Source: Candidatus Cryosericum sp. (GTDB taxonomy: Bacteria; Caldisericota; Caldisericia; Cryosericales; Cryosericaceae). Taken from it: 27,782 bases of DNA. Positions 1-9,217 of this stretch are shown in pieces (within the stretch, counting starts at the first letter, position 1; every line of letters starts with the position of its first letter). A program made the translations under genes and the position numbers. The stretch spans positions 4,531 to 32,312 of the forward strand of contig JBNAWM010000005.1 of NCBI GenBank assembly GCA_049699855.1. The letters run 5' to 3'. The notes beneath the pieces are model-generated. The model was given only the letters and a program-made list of their open reading frames with translations. It was not told where the DNA came from and searched no databases.

Positions 1-567
1 GGCAAGACAACCATCTGCACGTCGCTGGTGCGCGACCTCCCATTCGACGTCTACATCAAGTTGTCACGGCGCAGTCCGCACCTTGTGGCGCGGTCGCTTT
101 CGGCGGGAACCCTGCCTCCTTTGGAAGGGGACACCGGGAAAGTCCTTCAGCTGGTGCGCTCTCCCCGGTTGGCGCCGCTTGCAGACGTCCTGTTCCTCGA
201 TGGACCGCGCGAGGAGACCGACGATGCCGTGCGCCTTGCCCTCGACCGCTGGCCGCCTGCGACGCGCGTTCTCGTGGAGGGCTTCTGCACACCTATGCCT
301 CTCCGCTCCGCCACCATGTATGTCCTCGGCTGTCCCCTGCCACCCCACGCGAAGCCGGATATGGGTCTCCGGGCGGCTCAGGCAGACCTGATCGTCATCA
401 ACCGCTTCTCTGCCTGCTCGCCTGCGGCGGAAGCAGGCCTCCTGGCTCTGCTCAGGGACTGGAATCCCCGTGCGGATCAGGTTGCCGGGTCTGTCGAAGA
501 TGCAGTGTTCCTTGCAACGATCGAAGCAGCCGTTCTCCGTCTTCTCCCCTCCCTGGGCAACGCTTGA
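1..567 (+). CDS. 5'-truncated P-loop NTPase, MobB/HypB/UreG-like (SIMIBI-type) GTPase homolog
   Basis: Frame 1 is open from base 1 and reads GKTTICTSLV (end of Walker A). It later has RVLVEG (Walker B-like) and ADLIVINR (NKxD-like G4). Stop TGA at 565-567. Confidence 0.6.
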   Translation, partial: GKTTICTSLVRDLPFDVYIKLSRRSPHLVARSLSAGTLPPLEGDTGKVLQLVRSPRLAPLADVLFLDGPREETDDAVRLALDRWPPATRVLVEGFCTPMPLRSATMYVLGCPLPPHAKPDMGLRAAQADLIVINRFSACSPAAEAGLLALLRDWNPRADQVAGSVEDAVFLATIEAAVLRLLPSLGNA

Positions 568-637
568 AAAAGAACTGACGGGTGCCACACTGTACCACCA
601 GGCGTTTGCCTGGAACCATCCATTCCGGGAGGCTCTC

Positions 638-820
638 ATGGAAGAGGTATCACAAGAGGTTCAGGACGAACTGCTCAAGGCAGCATCCGACGGATTCATC
701 GACTGCGGCGACGCCCTTGCGCTTGCCCGCAAGCTGAACGTTGATCCAAAAGTCATTGGCGAGGCCTGCAATCTGCTGGGCATCCGCATCCGTTCCTGCC
801 TGCTGGGGCTGTTCAAGTAA
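638..820 (+). CDS. Small (60 aa) conserved Cys-containing hypothetical protein
   Basis: GGAGG SD before ATG 638. Pattern IDCGDALALARKL...IGEACNLLGIRIRSCLLGLF resembles the small '...CQLGxF' proteins of anaerobes. Confidence 0.7.
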   Translation: MEEVSQEVQDELLKAASDGFIDCGDALALARKLNVDPKVIGEACNLLGIRIRSCLLGLFK

Positions 821-823
821 TCG

Positions 824-1456
824 GTGTCTCTCCTCATCGCCGGCACCGCGGTCACGGCAGCGGTGGCAGTGCTCCTCGTGCCGTTCTCGCTGCTTGTCAA
901 CTTCATGCCTCTCCAGCAGCTGCTCCTCCGGATCGCCGGAACGACAGGCGGACCAGTTCCCCGTTTCAGCCCCTCTGAAGCGTCTTCGCGCATCGCCAGC
1001 CTGCTCAAGTACCTTGCCTGGCGCACCCCGCTGGCAGACGATGGCTTCTACTCCGCCACCGAGCTCGCTCACATGGTCGACGTGCAGAGGATCTTCCAGG
1101 CAGTTTATCTCACAGCGCTTGTCTCCTGTGTGCTCACCGTCCTGCTTGTCATCCTGATGCGCGCACGTCACATCGACGCCCGCCGTTCCGCGCGCGCTGC
1201 TGGAGTCGCCGTGCTGACGCTCATTGCCGCCCTGGGGACTGCTTCGGTCACGATCGGCTTCGACGCCCTGTTCATGGCCTTTCACCATCTTGCCTTCACC
1301 AACGATTTCTGGCTGCTTCCGGCCGATTCCAGCCTGATCCGCCTTGTTCCGGAGCAGTACTTCATGGACTACTTCTTCATCGCCCTCGGGGCAAGCGCTG
1401 CCATTGCGGTCACCCTCGTCCTGCTGGCCCGCCCGCGCCACACTCAAAGCCTTTAA
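824..1456 (+). CDS. DUF1461/TIGR01906 integral membrane protein (lipoprotein intramolecular transacylase Lit family)
   Basis: Four hydrophobic segments. Motifs ELAHMVDVxxIF and FMAFHHLAFTNDFW...LIRLVPEQYF match the two conserved His motifs of the family. Confidence 0.75.
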   Translation: MSLLIAGTAVTAAVAVLLVPFSLLVNFMPLQQLLLRIAGTTGGPVPRFSPSEASSRIASLLKYLAWRTPLADDGFYSATELAHMVDVQRIFQAVYLTALVSCVLTVLLVILMRARHIDARRSARAAGVAVLTLIAALGTASVTIGFDALFMAFHHLAFTNDFWLLPADSSLIRLVPEQYFMDYFFIALGASAAIAVTLVLLARPRHTQSL

Positions 1457-1470
1457 GACCTGTCTTTTGC

Positions 1471-1479
1471 TGGTATACT
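1471..1479 (+). promoter_or_regulatory. Extended -10 promoter (TG-n-TATACT) for the mtnP-rhomboid-surE-nuclease run
   Basis: TGGTATACT at 1471-1479 in the intergenic gap, about 50 nt before the mtnP ATG. Confidence 0.55.
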
Positions 1480-1531
1480 GCATGGGTAGAGAGCCCGCGC
1501 GGCGCCTTCGCGCGACTCAAAGGAGAATCAC

Positions 1532-2338
1532 ATGGAACAACGCGCTGAAATTGGAATCATCGGTGGTTCCGGCTTTTACTCCCTGCTGGAAGGGGCACAG
1601 GACATCAAGGTGGAGACACCCTATGGAGCTCCGTCGGACCTCATCTCGCTGGGCGAGATCGCGGGCCGCAAGGTTGCCTTCCTCCCCCGCCACGGCAAGC
1701 ACCACCAGCTGCCACCCCACATGATCAACTACCGCGCCAACATCTGGGCGCTCAAGTCACTGGGCGTCCAGCGCATCATCGCTCCCACTGCCGTCGGCTC
1801 CCTTCAACCGGACATCAAGGTCGGGGATTTCGTCGTCACCGATCAGTTTGTCGACCGCACGCGCCGTGGCAACACAACGTTCTACGACGGTCCCGTTGTC
1901 ACCCACGTCTCGACGGCGGACCCGTATTGCCCCGTGCTCAGCAAGATTGCCGTCGATACCATCAGGCGCCTCGGTCTACCCGTCCACGAGGGTGGAACCT
2001 GTGTCGTCATCGAGGGCCCGCGCTTCTCCACCAAGGCAGAGAGTACCTGGTTCACCCGCATGGGCTGGCACACCGTCAACATGACGCAGTATCCCGAAGC
2101 GGCCCTGGCGCGCGAGCAGGCCATGTGTTACTGCAACATCTCGGTCATCACCGACTACGATGCCGGGCTGGTTGCCGAGGGGGCTGTCGAACCGGTGAGC
2201 AACGAAGCCGTTCTCAAGGCCTTCACCGCCAACCTCAAGAACCTTGTGACCATCATCGAGCAGATGATTCCCCAGATTCCCGGGCCCGACGAGGACTGCA
2301 CCTGCTTCCATGCTCTGGACGGCGCCCGCATCGAGTAG
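1532..2338 (+). CDS. mtnP: S-methyl-5'-thioadenosine phosphorylase (MTAP)
   Basis: IGIIGGSG, FLPRHG, NYRANIWALKSLGV, EGPRFST, VNMT and ITDYD motifs. AGGAG SD. Confidence 0.93.
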   Translation: MEQRAEIGIIGGSGFYSLLEGAQDIKVETPYGAPSDLISLGEIAGRKVAFLPRHGKHHQLPPHMINYRANIWALKSLGVQRIIAPTAVGSLQPDIKVGDFVVTDQFVDRTRRGNTTFYDGPVVTHVSTADPYCPVLSKIAVDTIRRLGLPVHEGGTCVVIEGPRFSTKAESTWFTRMGWHTVNMTQYPEAALAREQAMCYCNISVITDYDAGLVAEGAVEPVSNEAVLKAFTANLKNLVTIIEQMIPQIPGPDEDCTCFHALDGARIE

Positions 2339-2341
2339 CCC

Positions 2342-3025
2342 ATGCTTCCCATTCGCGACGACAACCCGACACGCACGTTTCCACTGGTCACCTTCCTGCT
2401 GATCCTGGCGAACAGCCTTGTCTGGCTGTGGGAGGTGTCGCTGGGCGCCGGAACTGCTTTGACTGGAGCGTATCTGCGCTTCGGTTTCATTCCTGGCATC
2501 CTGACCGGCAAGTATCTGCCGCCCGCCGGGAGCCTTCATCCCTACGTCCTGACGATCCTCACGTCCATGTTCATGCATGGCAGCTGGAGCCACATCCTCG
2601 GCAACATGCTGTTCCTGTGGATCTTTGGCAACAACATCGAGGACTTCCTGGGCCATGGCCGGTACCTGGCGTTCTACCTTGTGGGAGGCGTTGTGGCAGC
2701 CCTGGTGCAGCTGATGTCCGGGCCAGCTTCCAACGTACCGACCATTGGAGCCAGCGGAGCCATCGCCGCTGTCATGGGCGCGTATTTCTTCCTGTTTCCC
2801 ACCGCCAGGGTGCAGACCCTGGTGTTCTTCATCTTCATCACCATCGTGCGCATCCCGGCATGGGTCTTCCTTGGCATCTGGTTTGTCCTCCAGCTCTTTG
2901 AGGGAGCCTACGGCACAGCGCAGGGCGTTGCCGTCTGGGCTCACGTGGGCGGGTTCCTCTTTGGGATGCTCGTCGCGTGGATCGTCCGGAAGCGCGCAAG
3001 AAGCAGTATGCAATACACCTTCTAG
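2342..3025 (+). CDS. Rhomboid family intramembrane serine protease
   Basis: MFMHGSWSHILGNM, catalytic GASG, WAHVGG catalytic His, multiple TM segments. Confidence 0.92.
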   Translation: MLPIRDDNPTRTFPLVTFLLILANSLVWLWEVSLGAGTALTGAYLRFGFIPGILTGKYLPPAGSLHPYVLTILTSMFMHGSWSHILGNMLFLWIFGNNIEDFLGHGRYLAFYLVGGVVAALVQLMSGPASNVPTIGASGAIAAVMGAYFFLFPTARVQTLVFFIFITIVRIPAWVFLGIWFVLQLFEGAYGTAQGVAVWAHVGGFLFGMLVAWIVRKRARSSMQYTF

Positions 3026-3035
3026 GGAGGACTCC

Positions 3036-3890
3036 ATGCATATTCTTGTCACCAATGACGACGGCTTGTGGGCGCAGGGGATCCAGGCCCTTGTGGCTGC
3101 CATCCCTCCGGAACATGCCGTCTCCGTCGTCGCCCCCGCTTCGCCTCAAAGTGCAGTGGGGCACTCCTTGACCATGCACAAGCCACTGCGCGCAAACCGG
3201 GTGGAGGACTACGTCCGTCCGGGCGTCAATGCATGGACGGTCTCGGGCACTCCCGTCGACTGCATGATGCTGGGCCTCGACGCGCTGGTGAAAGAGAAGG
3301 TGGACATCGTCTTCTCCGGCATCAACCACGGAGACAACCTGGGGGACGACCTGCCCTATTCGGGTACGGTCTCGGGCGCTTACGAAGCCTTCGTCTCGGG
3401 ATACCCCAGCATTGCGTTCTCCACGGCCTTTCCGCCGCCCGGGACCTCCGGCTTCGACTTCAGCCCCATCGTCTGGTTCCTGCGCGAGCTGTTTCCTCTC
3501 CTGCCGGAACTGATCAAAGTCAACCAGCTCCTGACAAAGAGTTTCAGCACTCCGCTCAACGGCAGCCTGTTCCTCAACGTCAACGCCCCCAACTGCCCCG
3601 CTGCCGAGATCAGGGGGGTCAAGGTGGTCCGCCAGGGCCGCCGCCGCTATGCTCACCGCGTGACCGCGAGCACGGATCAGTTTGGCTCACCCATCTATTG
3701 GATCGGCGGCGACGTACCCGCCATTCCACAGGATGACACCGATGTGACTGCCGTCGCCAGCGGCTACATCAGCGTCACGCCTCTTGGCATCGACCTGACC
3801 GATTACGTCCTGCTGGAACGCCTGCGGCAGCTGGGCACATTTGCACAGGTCACGCCCCCGGCTCCGGAGCCTGGGCCTTCCGGAAGCTAA
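3036..3890 (+). CDS. surE: 5'/3'-nucleotidase SurE
   Basis: GGAGG SD then ATG 3036. ILVTNDDG, GTPVDC, SGINHGDNLG, YSGT, LNVNAP and ISVTPL motifs. Confidence 0.93.
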   Translation: MHILVTNDDGLWAQGIQALVAAIPPEHAVSVVAPASPQSAVGHSLTMHKPLRANRVEDYVRPGVNAWTVSGTPVDCMMLGLDALVKEKVDIVFSGINHGDNLGDDLPYSGTVSGAYEAFVSGYPSIAFSTAFPPPGTSGFDFSPIVWFLRELFPLLPELIKVNQLLTKSFSTPLNGSLFLNVNAPNCPAAEIRGVKVVRQGRRRYAHRVTASTDQFGSPIYWIGGDVPAIPQDDTDVTAVASGYISVTPLGIDLTDYVLLERLRQLGTFAQVTPPAPEPGPSGS

Positions 3891-3907
3891 GCCGGAGCTC
3901 CGAGGCC

Positions 3908-5485
3908 ATGGCGCGGTTCACGATGCTGGACGGCGCTGCCACGATCGGTGGCACCAAGCTGCTGTTCGAGGCAAGCACTTCTCCTGATGCGACGCGTCTG
4001 CTGTTCGATTTCGGGCTCAATTACGCGACGATGGGCGCGTACTTTGAGGAATTTCTTACCCCGCGCACGTCGGCTGGCCTGACCGACTACCTGAGCACGG
4101 GACTGCTGCCGAAGCTGAACTTCTACCGTTTGGACCTCACTCTGCTCCTCCAGGCAATGCAGCCGGACCTGGCGGCACAGCTGGCAGATGCCGGCCACAT
4201 CGATGCATGCTTCATCACGCACGCCCATGTCGATCACACGGGTTCCATCTCGTTTCTGGATGAGACCATCCCGGTATATGCCACGCCAGTGACAGCGGCA
4301 ATCCTCCGGGCGGTGGAGGAAACGCAGGCCAGTCCAGGGCCAGAGAATGGTGTCACGGATTACATCATACGCCCCAATACGGGTGGCAACCAGCATGGCC
4401 AGCGGCAACTGCTTGACCTTGTGGAGCCTGTGCAGTTTGCCGATTGCCGGGTGACCCCCTTCCCGGTCGACCACAGTATTCCCGGGGCGTGCGCCTACTG
4501 CATCGAGTATGACGGGGGAACGCTCGTCTACACGGGAGACCTCCGTTTTCACGGCCGCATGGGCCATGTGACCGAGGCGACCATTGGGCGGCTTGCCGCG
4601 CTCCACCCCGATGCCCTGCTCATCGAGGGAACCAACCTGCGCGCGCCTGGTGAGCGCCCTGAGCACGAGCCGGCGTTTCGCCGGCGCTTCACCTTCTGGT
4701 CCGAACACGATGTGGAGGCGAAGGCACTGGAGGAGGTCCAGGCTGCCCATGGGCTGGTCATGGCGGATTTCGGCATGAAGGACCTCGACCGGCTGATGAC
4801 CTTTCAGCGGGTCGCGCGCGCGACGGGACGCAAACTGGCCATCCTCCCGCGCGATGCCCGCATCGTGCAGCTCGCCCAGGAAGCTGGCTACCCCACCATC
4901 GACCTCATGGACCCCGACGTTGTCCTCTACATCAAGAGAGGTGGCAGTGGCATCTATGACAAAGCCGACATCCGTCAGGACTGGATGCGCTCCATGCTTC
5001 TGCAGTTTGCCGGCGGCGATACGAACGCCCTGGACCCGACGGAGCGGCGCGAGGCCATGCAGGACGTGCTCAATGGTTCCTGCCCGCGCATCGTCCGAGC
5101 GGTCGACGTCGCCGCTCGCCAGTCCGAGTACCTCCTCTCCCTGGGGTACTGGGACATCCAGGAGCTGTGCGACCTTCGTCCTGCCCCTGGGTCGCTGTAC
5201 GTTCACTCCTCTGCAGAGGCGTTCAATGAGGAGATGGCGTGGAGCCAGGACCGCCTCGCACGCTGGCTGGCCCTCGCCGGCATGGATGCCGTCCATATCC
5301 ATGCCTCCGGCCACGCAGCACCGGAGGACCTCTTCCGCATCGTCGAGCGGCTTGCGCCAAAGCAGGTGTACCCCATCCATACCGAACACCCCGAGCTGTA
5401 CGTCAACCGGTTCGGAGCCATGGTTCAGCCCCTTGCGAACGGACAGCTGACCATCCTGCCCTCAGGGCGGCCTTCGGCATCGTAG
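3908..5485 (+). CDS. Metallo-beta-lactamase / beta-CASP nuclease, RNase J-like
   Basis: THAHVDH (HxHxDH), VDHSIPG, YTGDLRFHG, LLIEGT, HASGHA and PIHTE motifs. Confidence 0.82.
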   Translation: MARFTMLDGAATIGGTKLLFEASTSPDATRLLFDFGLNYATMGAYFEEFLTPRTSAGLTDYLSTGLLPKLNFYRLDLTLLLQAMQPDLAAQLADAGHIDACFITHAHVDHTGSISFLDETIPVYATPVTAAILRAVEETQASPGPENGVTDYIIRPNTGGNQHGQRQLLDLVEPVQFADCRVTPFPVDHSIPGACAYCIEYDGGTLVYTGDLRFHGRMGHVTEATIGRLAALHPDALLIEGTNLRAPGERPEHEPAFRRRFTFWSEHDVEAKALEEVQAAHGLVMADFGMKDLDRLMTFQRVARATGRKLAILPRDARIVQLAQEAGYPTIDLMDPDVVLYIKRGGSGIYDKADIRQDWMRSMLLQFAGGDTNALDPTERREAMQDVLNGSCPRIVRAVDVAARQSEYLLSLGYWDIQELCDLRPAPGSLYVHSSAEAFNEEMAWSQDRLARWLALAGMDAVHIHASGHAAPEDLFRIVERLAPKQVYPIHTEHPELYVNRFGAMVQPLANGQLTILPSGRPSAS

Positions 5486-5504
5486 CAATTTCATCACACT
5501 TCCC

Positions 5505-5530
5505 GTAACGAAAGCCGGTAGAGTTGCGTA
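5505..5530 (+). promoter_or_regulatory. ECF-sigma-type promoter upstream of htrA
   Basis: GTAAC (5505-5509), 17 nt spacer, CGTA (5527-5530). Same architecture as 14920-14945. Confidence 0.65.
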
Positions 5531-5579
5531 TATAGAGGTGTAATGCAGTCAGTCTGTGCTGTACTTGAGGAGGTATACC

Positions 5580-6833
<1,254 letters not shown>

Positions 6834-6862
6834 CATCCTTCCTGCAATTCATAACCTGCACA

Positions 6863-6893
6863 ACCCCGGCGCATGATGGCCGGGGTCTTTTTT
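6863..6893 (+). terminator. Rho-independent terminator after htrA (between convergent htrA and mgsA)
   Basis: ACCCCGGC-N8-GCCGGGGT followed by C and a T6 run. Confidence 0.8.
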
Positions 6894-6895
6894 CA

Positions 6896-7297
6896 TCAGG
6901 TGGAAGGGGGCTGGGGTGTGTCCTGCAGATCCTTGAGGTGTGCCAGGACAAGCCTGGCCGTCGATGTGTTCGTGGCAAGGGGCACATCGTTGACATCACA
7001 GATCTTGAGGACGGCGTTGATATCCGGTTCGTGCGGGTGTGCAGTCAGTGGGTCTCTGAGAAAGACGACCGCCTTGACCTCGTCGGACGCGATCATCGCC
7101 CCGATCTGCAAGTCGCCGCCCTTCTCTCCCGAGTTCACCATGGTGACGCTCAAGCCGGTCAGTTCCTGGATGAGGCCTCCTGTGCTCCGCGTGGCAACCA
7201 GCTCCTCCTGAGCCAGCATGTCCTTGTAGTCCCTGCACAGGGCAATCATCTCGGGTTTCTTACGGTCATGAGCAATCAATGCAACTTTTGTTCTCAT
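6896..7297 (-). CDS. mgsA: Methylglyoxal synthase
   Basis: ALIAHDRKK, ATRSTG, SGEKGGDLQIG, PHEPDI and PLATN motifs. Confidence 0.95.
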   Translation of the reverse strand: MRTKVALIAHDRKKPEMIALCRDYKDMLAQEELVATRSTGGLIQELTGLSVTMVNSGEKGGDLQIGAMIASDEVKAVVFLRDPLTAHPHEPDINAVLKICDVNDVPLATNTSTARLVLAHLKDLQDTPQPPST

Positions 7298-7364
7298 GCC
7301 TCTATTTTACCCGCGAAAAGCGCGAGTCAACCAGCTCTCCGTGTAAGGCTTCACTCTTGCCCAG

Positions 7365-7548
7365 TTATCCACAGCATCTTGTGAATACCTGTGCACAGCT
7401 TGGCCTCAACTGCCGCACACCCTTCTTTTAATCCACGTTTCCCTGTTCACTGCACTCCACAGGCCTGCCCAGTCTCGGGAATACCGGCAGATGCGCTGTT
7501 CATAAGCCTTCTGAAAGCCGGAAAGTTATCCACAGAGCCTGTGGATAC
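7365..7548. promoter_or_regulatory. DnaA-box cluster between mgsA and the dciA-like gene
   Basis: TTATCCACA at 7365-7373 and 7526-7534 (perfect). Reverse boxes TGTGAATAC 7380-7388, TGTTCATAA 7497-7505 and TGTGGATAC 7540-7548. Confidence 0.8.
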
Positions 7549-7550
7549 TG

Positions 7551-8114
7551 TCAGTACTTCTGCGGGCTCCTGCGCCCCTGGCGGCGTTTTTCCTGTTCCT
7601 GATACCGCCAGATATCCCAGCGCATCCACGCCTCGTAGGCATGCAGGAACGACACACGCAGAGCAGGGTTTTCGATGATCTGGACTGCTCGTTCGGCCGC
7701 CTCCTGCTGCTCCGGCGACAGCTTCACGGCAGCCGCAAGCGATTGGGAATCGCGGTCGACAGCGGGGGAAGGAGCGGAGGACGGGCGGTGGATCCGCACC
7801 TCGTGAACGTTCTCAAGTCCAAAGGAAAGGTCCGTGACGAGCTTTCCGCCCATGTGAGCATTGAGACGGTCGATGATCAGGCTCTTCTGCTCGGCAAGGA
7901 CCTGCATGATGGACGAGTTGGCACACAGGATCATCAGTGTGCCATTCTTGAACTGTGCCGGGCGGGAGTTCTGGCCGATGTACGCTCCAATGGTGCGTTC
8001 GCTCCACAGCGACTGGACAGCAGGCCAGACGTCACTCAGGGACTGGACCTTGATGCCCTTGTCCAGCATCCCCGTGCGCCGCATCGCATCGATGACATCT
8101 CCAATGCGCTGCAT
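7551..8114 (-). CDS. DUF721 / DciA-family protein (helicase-operating)
   Basis: Lies directly downstream of recF, the usual DUF721 position. W..IG..IGQNSRP..FKNGTLMILC.NS...Q.L......IIDRLN...G...V..L.F fits the DUF721 core. GAGGTG SD favours ATG 8114; GTG 8135 is the alternative. Confidence 0.75.
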   Translation of the reverse strand: MQRIGDVIDAMRRTGMLDKGIKVQSLSDVWPAVQSLWSERTIGAYIGQNSRPAQFKNGTLMILCANSSIMQVLAEQKSLIIDRLNAHMGGKLVTDLSFGLENVHEVRIHRPSSAPSPAVDRDSQSLAAAVKLSPEQQEAAERAVQIIENPALRVSFLHAYEAWMRWDIWRYQEQEKRRQGRRSPQKY

Positions 8115-8131
8115 GCCATCGACACCTCTCT

Positions 8132-9199
8132 TCACAGTCGAACGGACTGGGCGTTCAGTCCGCCTCCCAGCCGGGCAACGTCAAACGAGGTGATGAAGAC
8201 CTGGTCGAATTTCACAAGCAGATGCAGCAGCCGTTCCAGATTGGCCATGTCGATATCGCCTTCCAGATCGTCCAGCAGCAGCACAGGGTATTCACCCGTG
8301 ACACTGCGCGTATATTCGGCGCCCGCCAGCGTCAGCAGGAGGGCCATCACCTTTGCCTCTCCCAGGGAGGCGCTCTCACGGAACGCCTTTCCGCGATGCA
8401 TCAGCGAGAAGTCGTCCAGGTGACACCCTGCCAGACAGGCGTGGCGCGCCAGTTCACGTTCTCGTACCGACCGAAGCGACTCGACAGAGACCGCACGCGG
8501 CTCGTAGGCGATCGAGACATCGCTGAATGCCTCAAACAACCCGCCGGAAATCAGCTGGCGCATGGCCCTGTCGACGGAGCCGAGAACGGTGTGCCTCTTT
8601 GCCTGGATGGCAGTAGAGAGCACGGCGATCCGCTCATCCAGCAGATCGAGGAGTGACGCATCGGGTACACCTGCACCACTCTGCCGCAAGAGGGCATTCT
8701 TGTGAGAAATCACCTCAGAATACGCTGACAGCATCTCAAAGTAGGAGTGGTCGCTGGATGCCGCCAGCAGATTGATGAATTGCCGCCTCACCGATGGAAG
8801 TCCCTTGACGAGGAAGATCGAGGCGAAGTTGAACGAGGCGACGCGCAGCCCACCAATCAGATGGATGAATCCCCGGTAGACGGTGCCGTCGATGCGCACC
8901 TCCTTGCGTCCCTCCGAGGTGAACATGGCTTGAACCGTGTGATGAACGATGCCACCCGCAACTGCGTCGTGAGCTCGGTATTCGCCGCCAACGACGAAGT
9001 AAGGACTGCCATCCCTGATCAGCTCGGCATTGGTCAGCCCAAGAGATGACTTTCCGGAAGCCAGAAAGTACACCGCATCCAACAGCGTGGTCTTGCCTGC
9101 CCCGTTGTTTCCCTCCACGGCGGTCGCGGGCATGGTGAAGGAAAGGCGCTGTTCAGCCAGCGCCCTGAACCCCTGAATCCAGATCGACTCCAGAAACAT
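8132..9199 (-). CDS. recF: DNA replication and repair protein RecF
   Basis: GFR at the N-terminus, GNNGAGKTTLLDAV, G.PSVRRQF, GCHLDD, ASLGE and VLLLDDL. Position after dnaN. Confidence 0.9.
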   Translation of the reverse strand: MFLESIWIQGFRALAEQRLSFTMPATAVEGNNGAGKTTLLDAVYFLASGKSSLGLTNAELIRDGSPYFVVGGEYRAHDAVAGGIVHHTVQAMFTSEGRKEVRIDGTVYRGFIHLIGGLRVASFNFASIFLVKGLPSVRRQFINLLAASSDHSYFEMLSAYSEVISHKNALLRQSGAGVPDASLLDLLDERIAVLSTAIQAKRHTVLGSVDRAMRQLISGGLFEAFSDVSIAYEPRAVSVESLRSVRERELARHACLAGCHLDDFSLMHRGKAFRESASLGEAKVMALLLTLAGAEYTRSVTGEYPVLLLDDLEGDIDMANLERLLHLLVKFDQVFITSFDVARLGGGLNAQSVRL

Positions 9200-9217
9200 T
9201 GCCCCCTGCCAGGGCTG

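Noticed and set aside
7391..7678. Short ORFs across the mgsA-dciA spacer
   Set aside because: No SD or recognisable motif; the region is better explained as a DnaA-box cluster.
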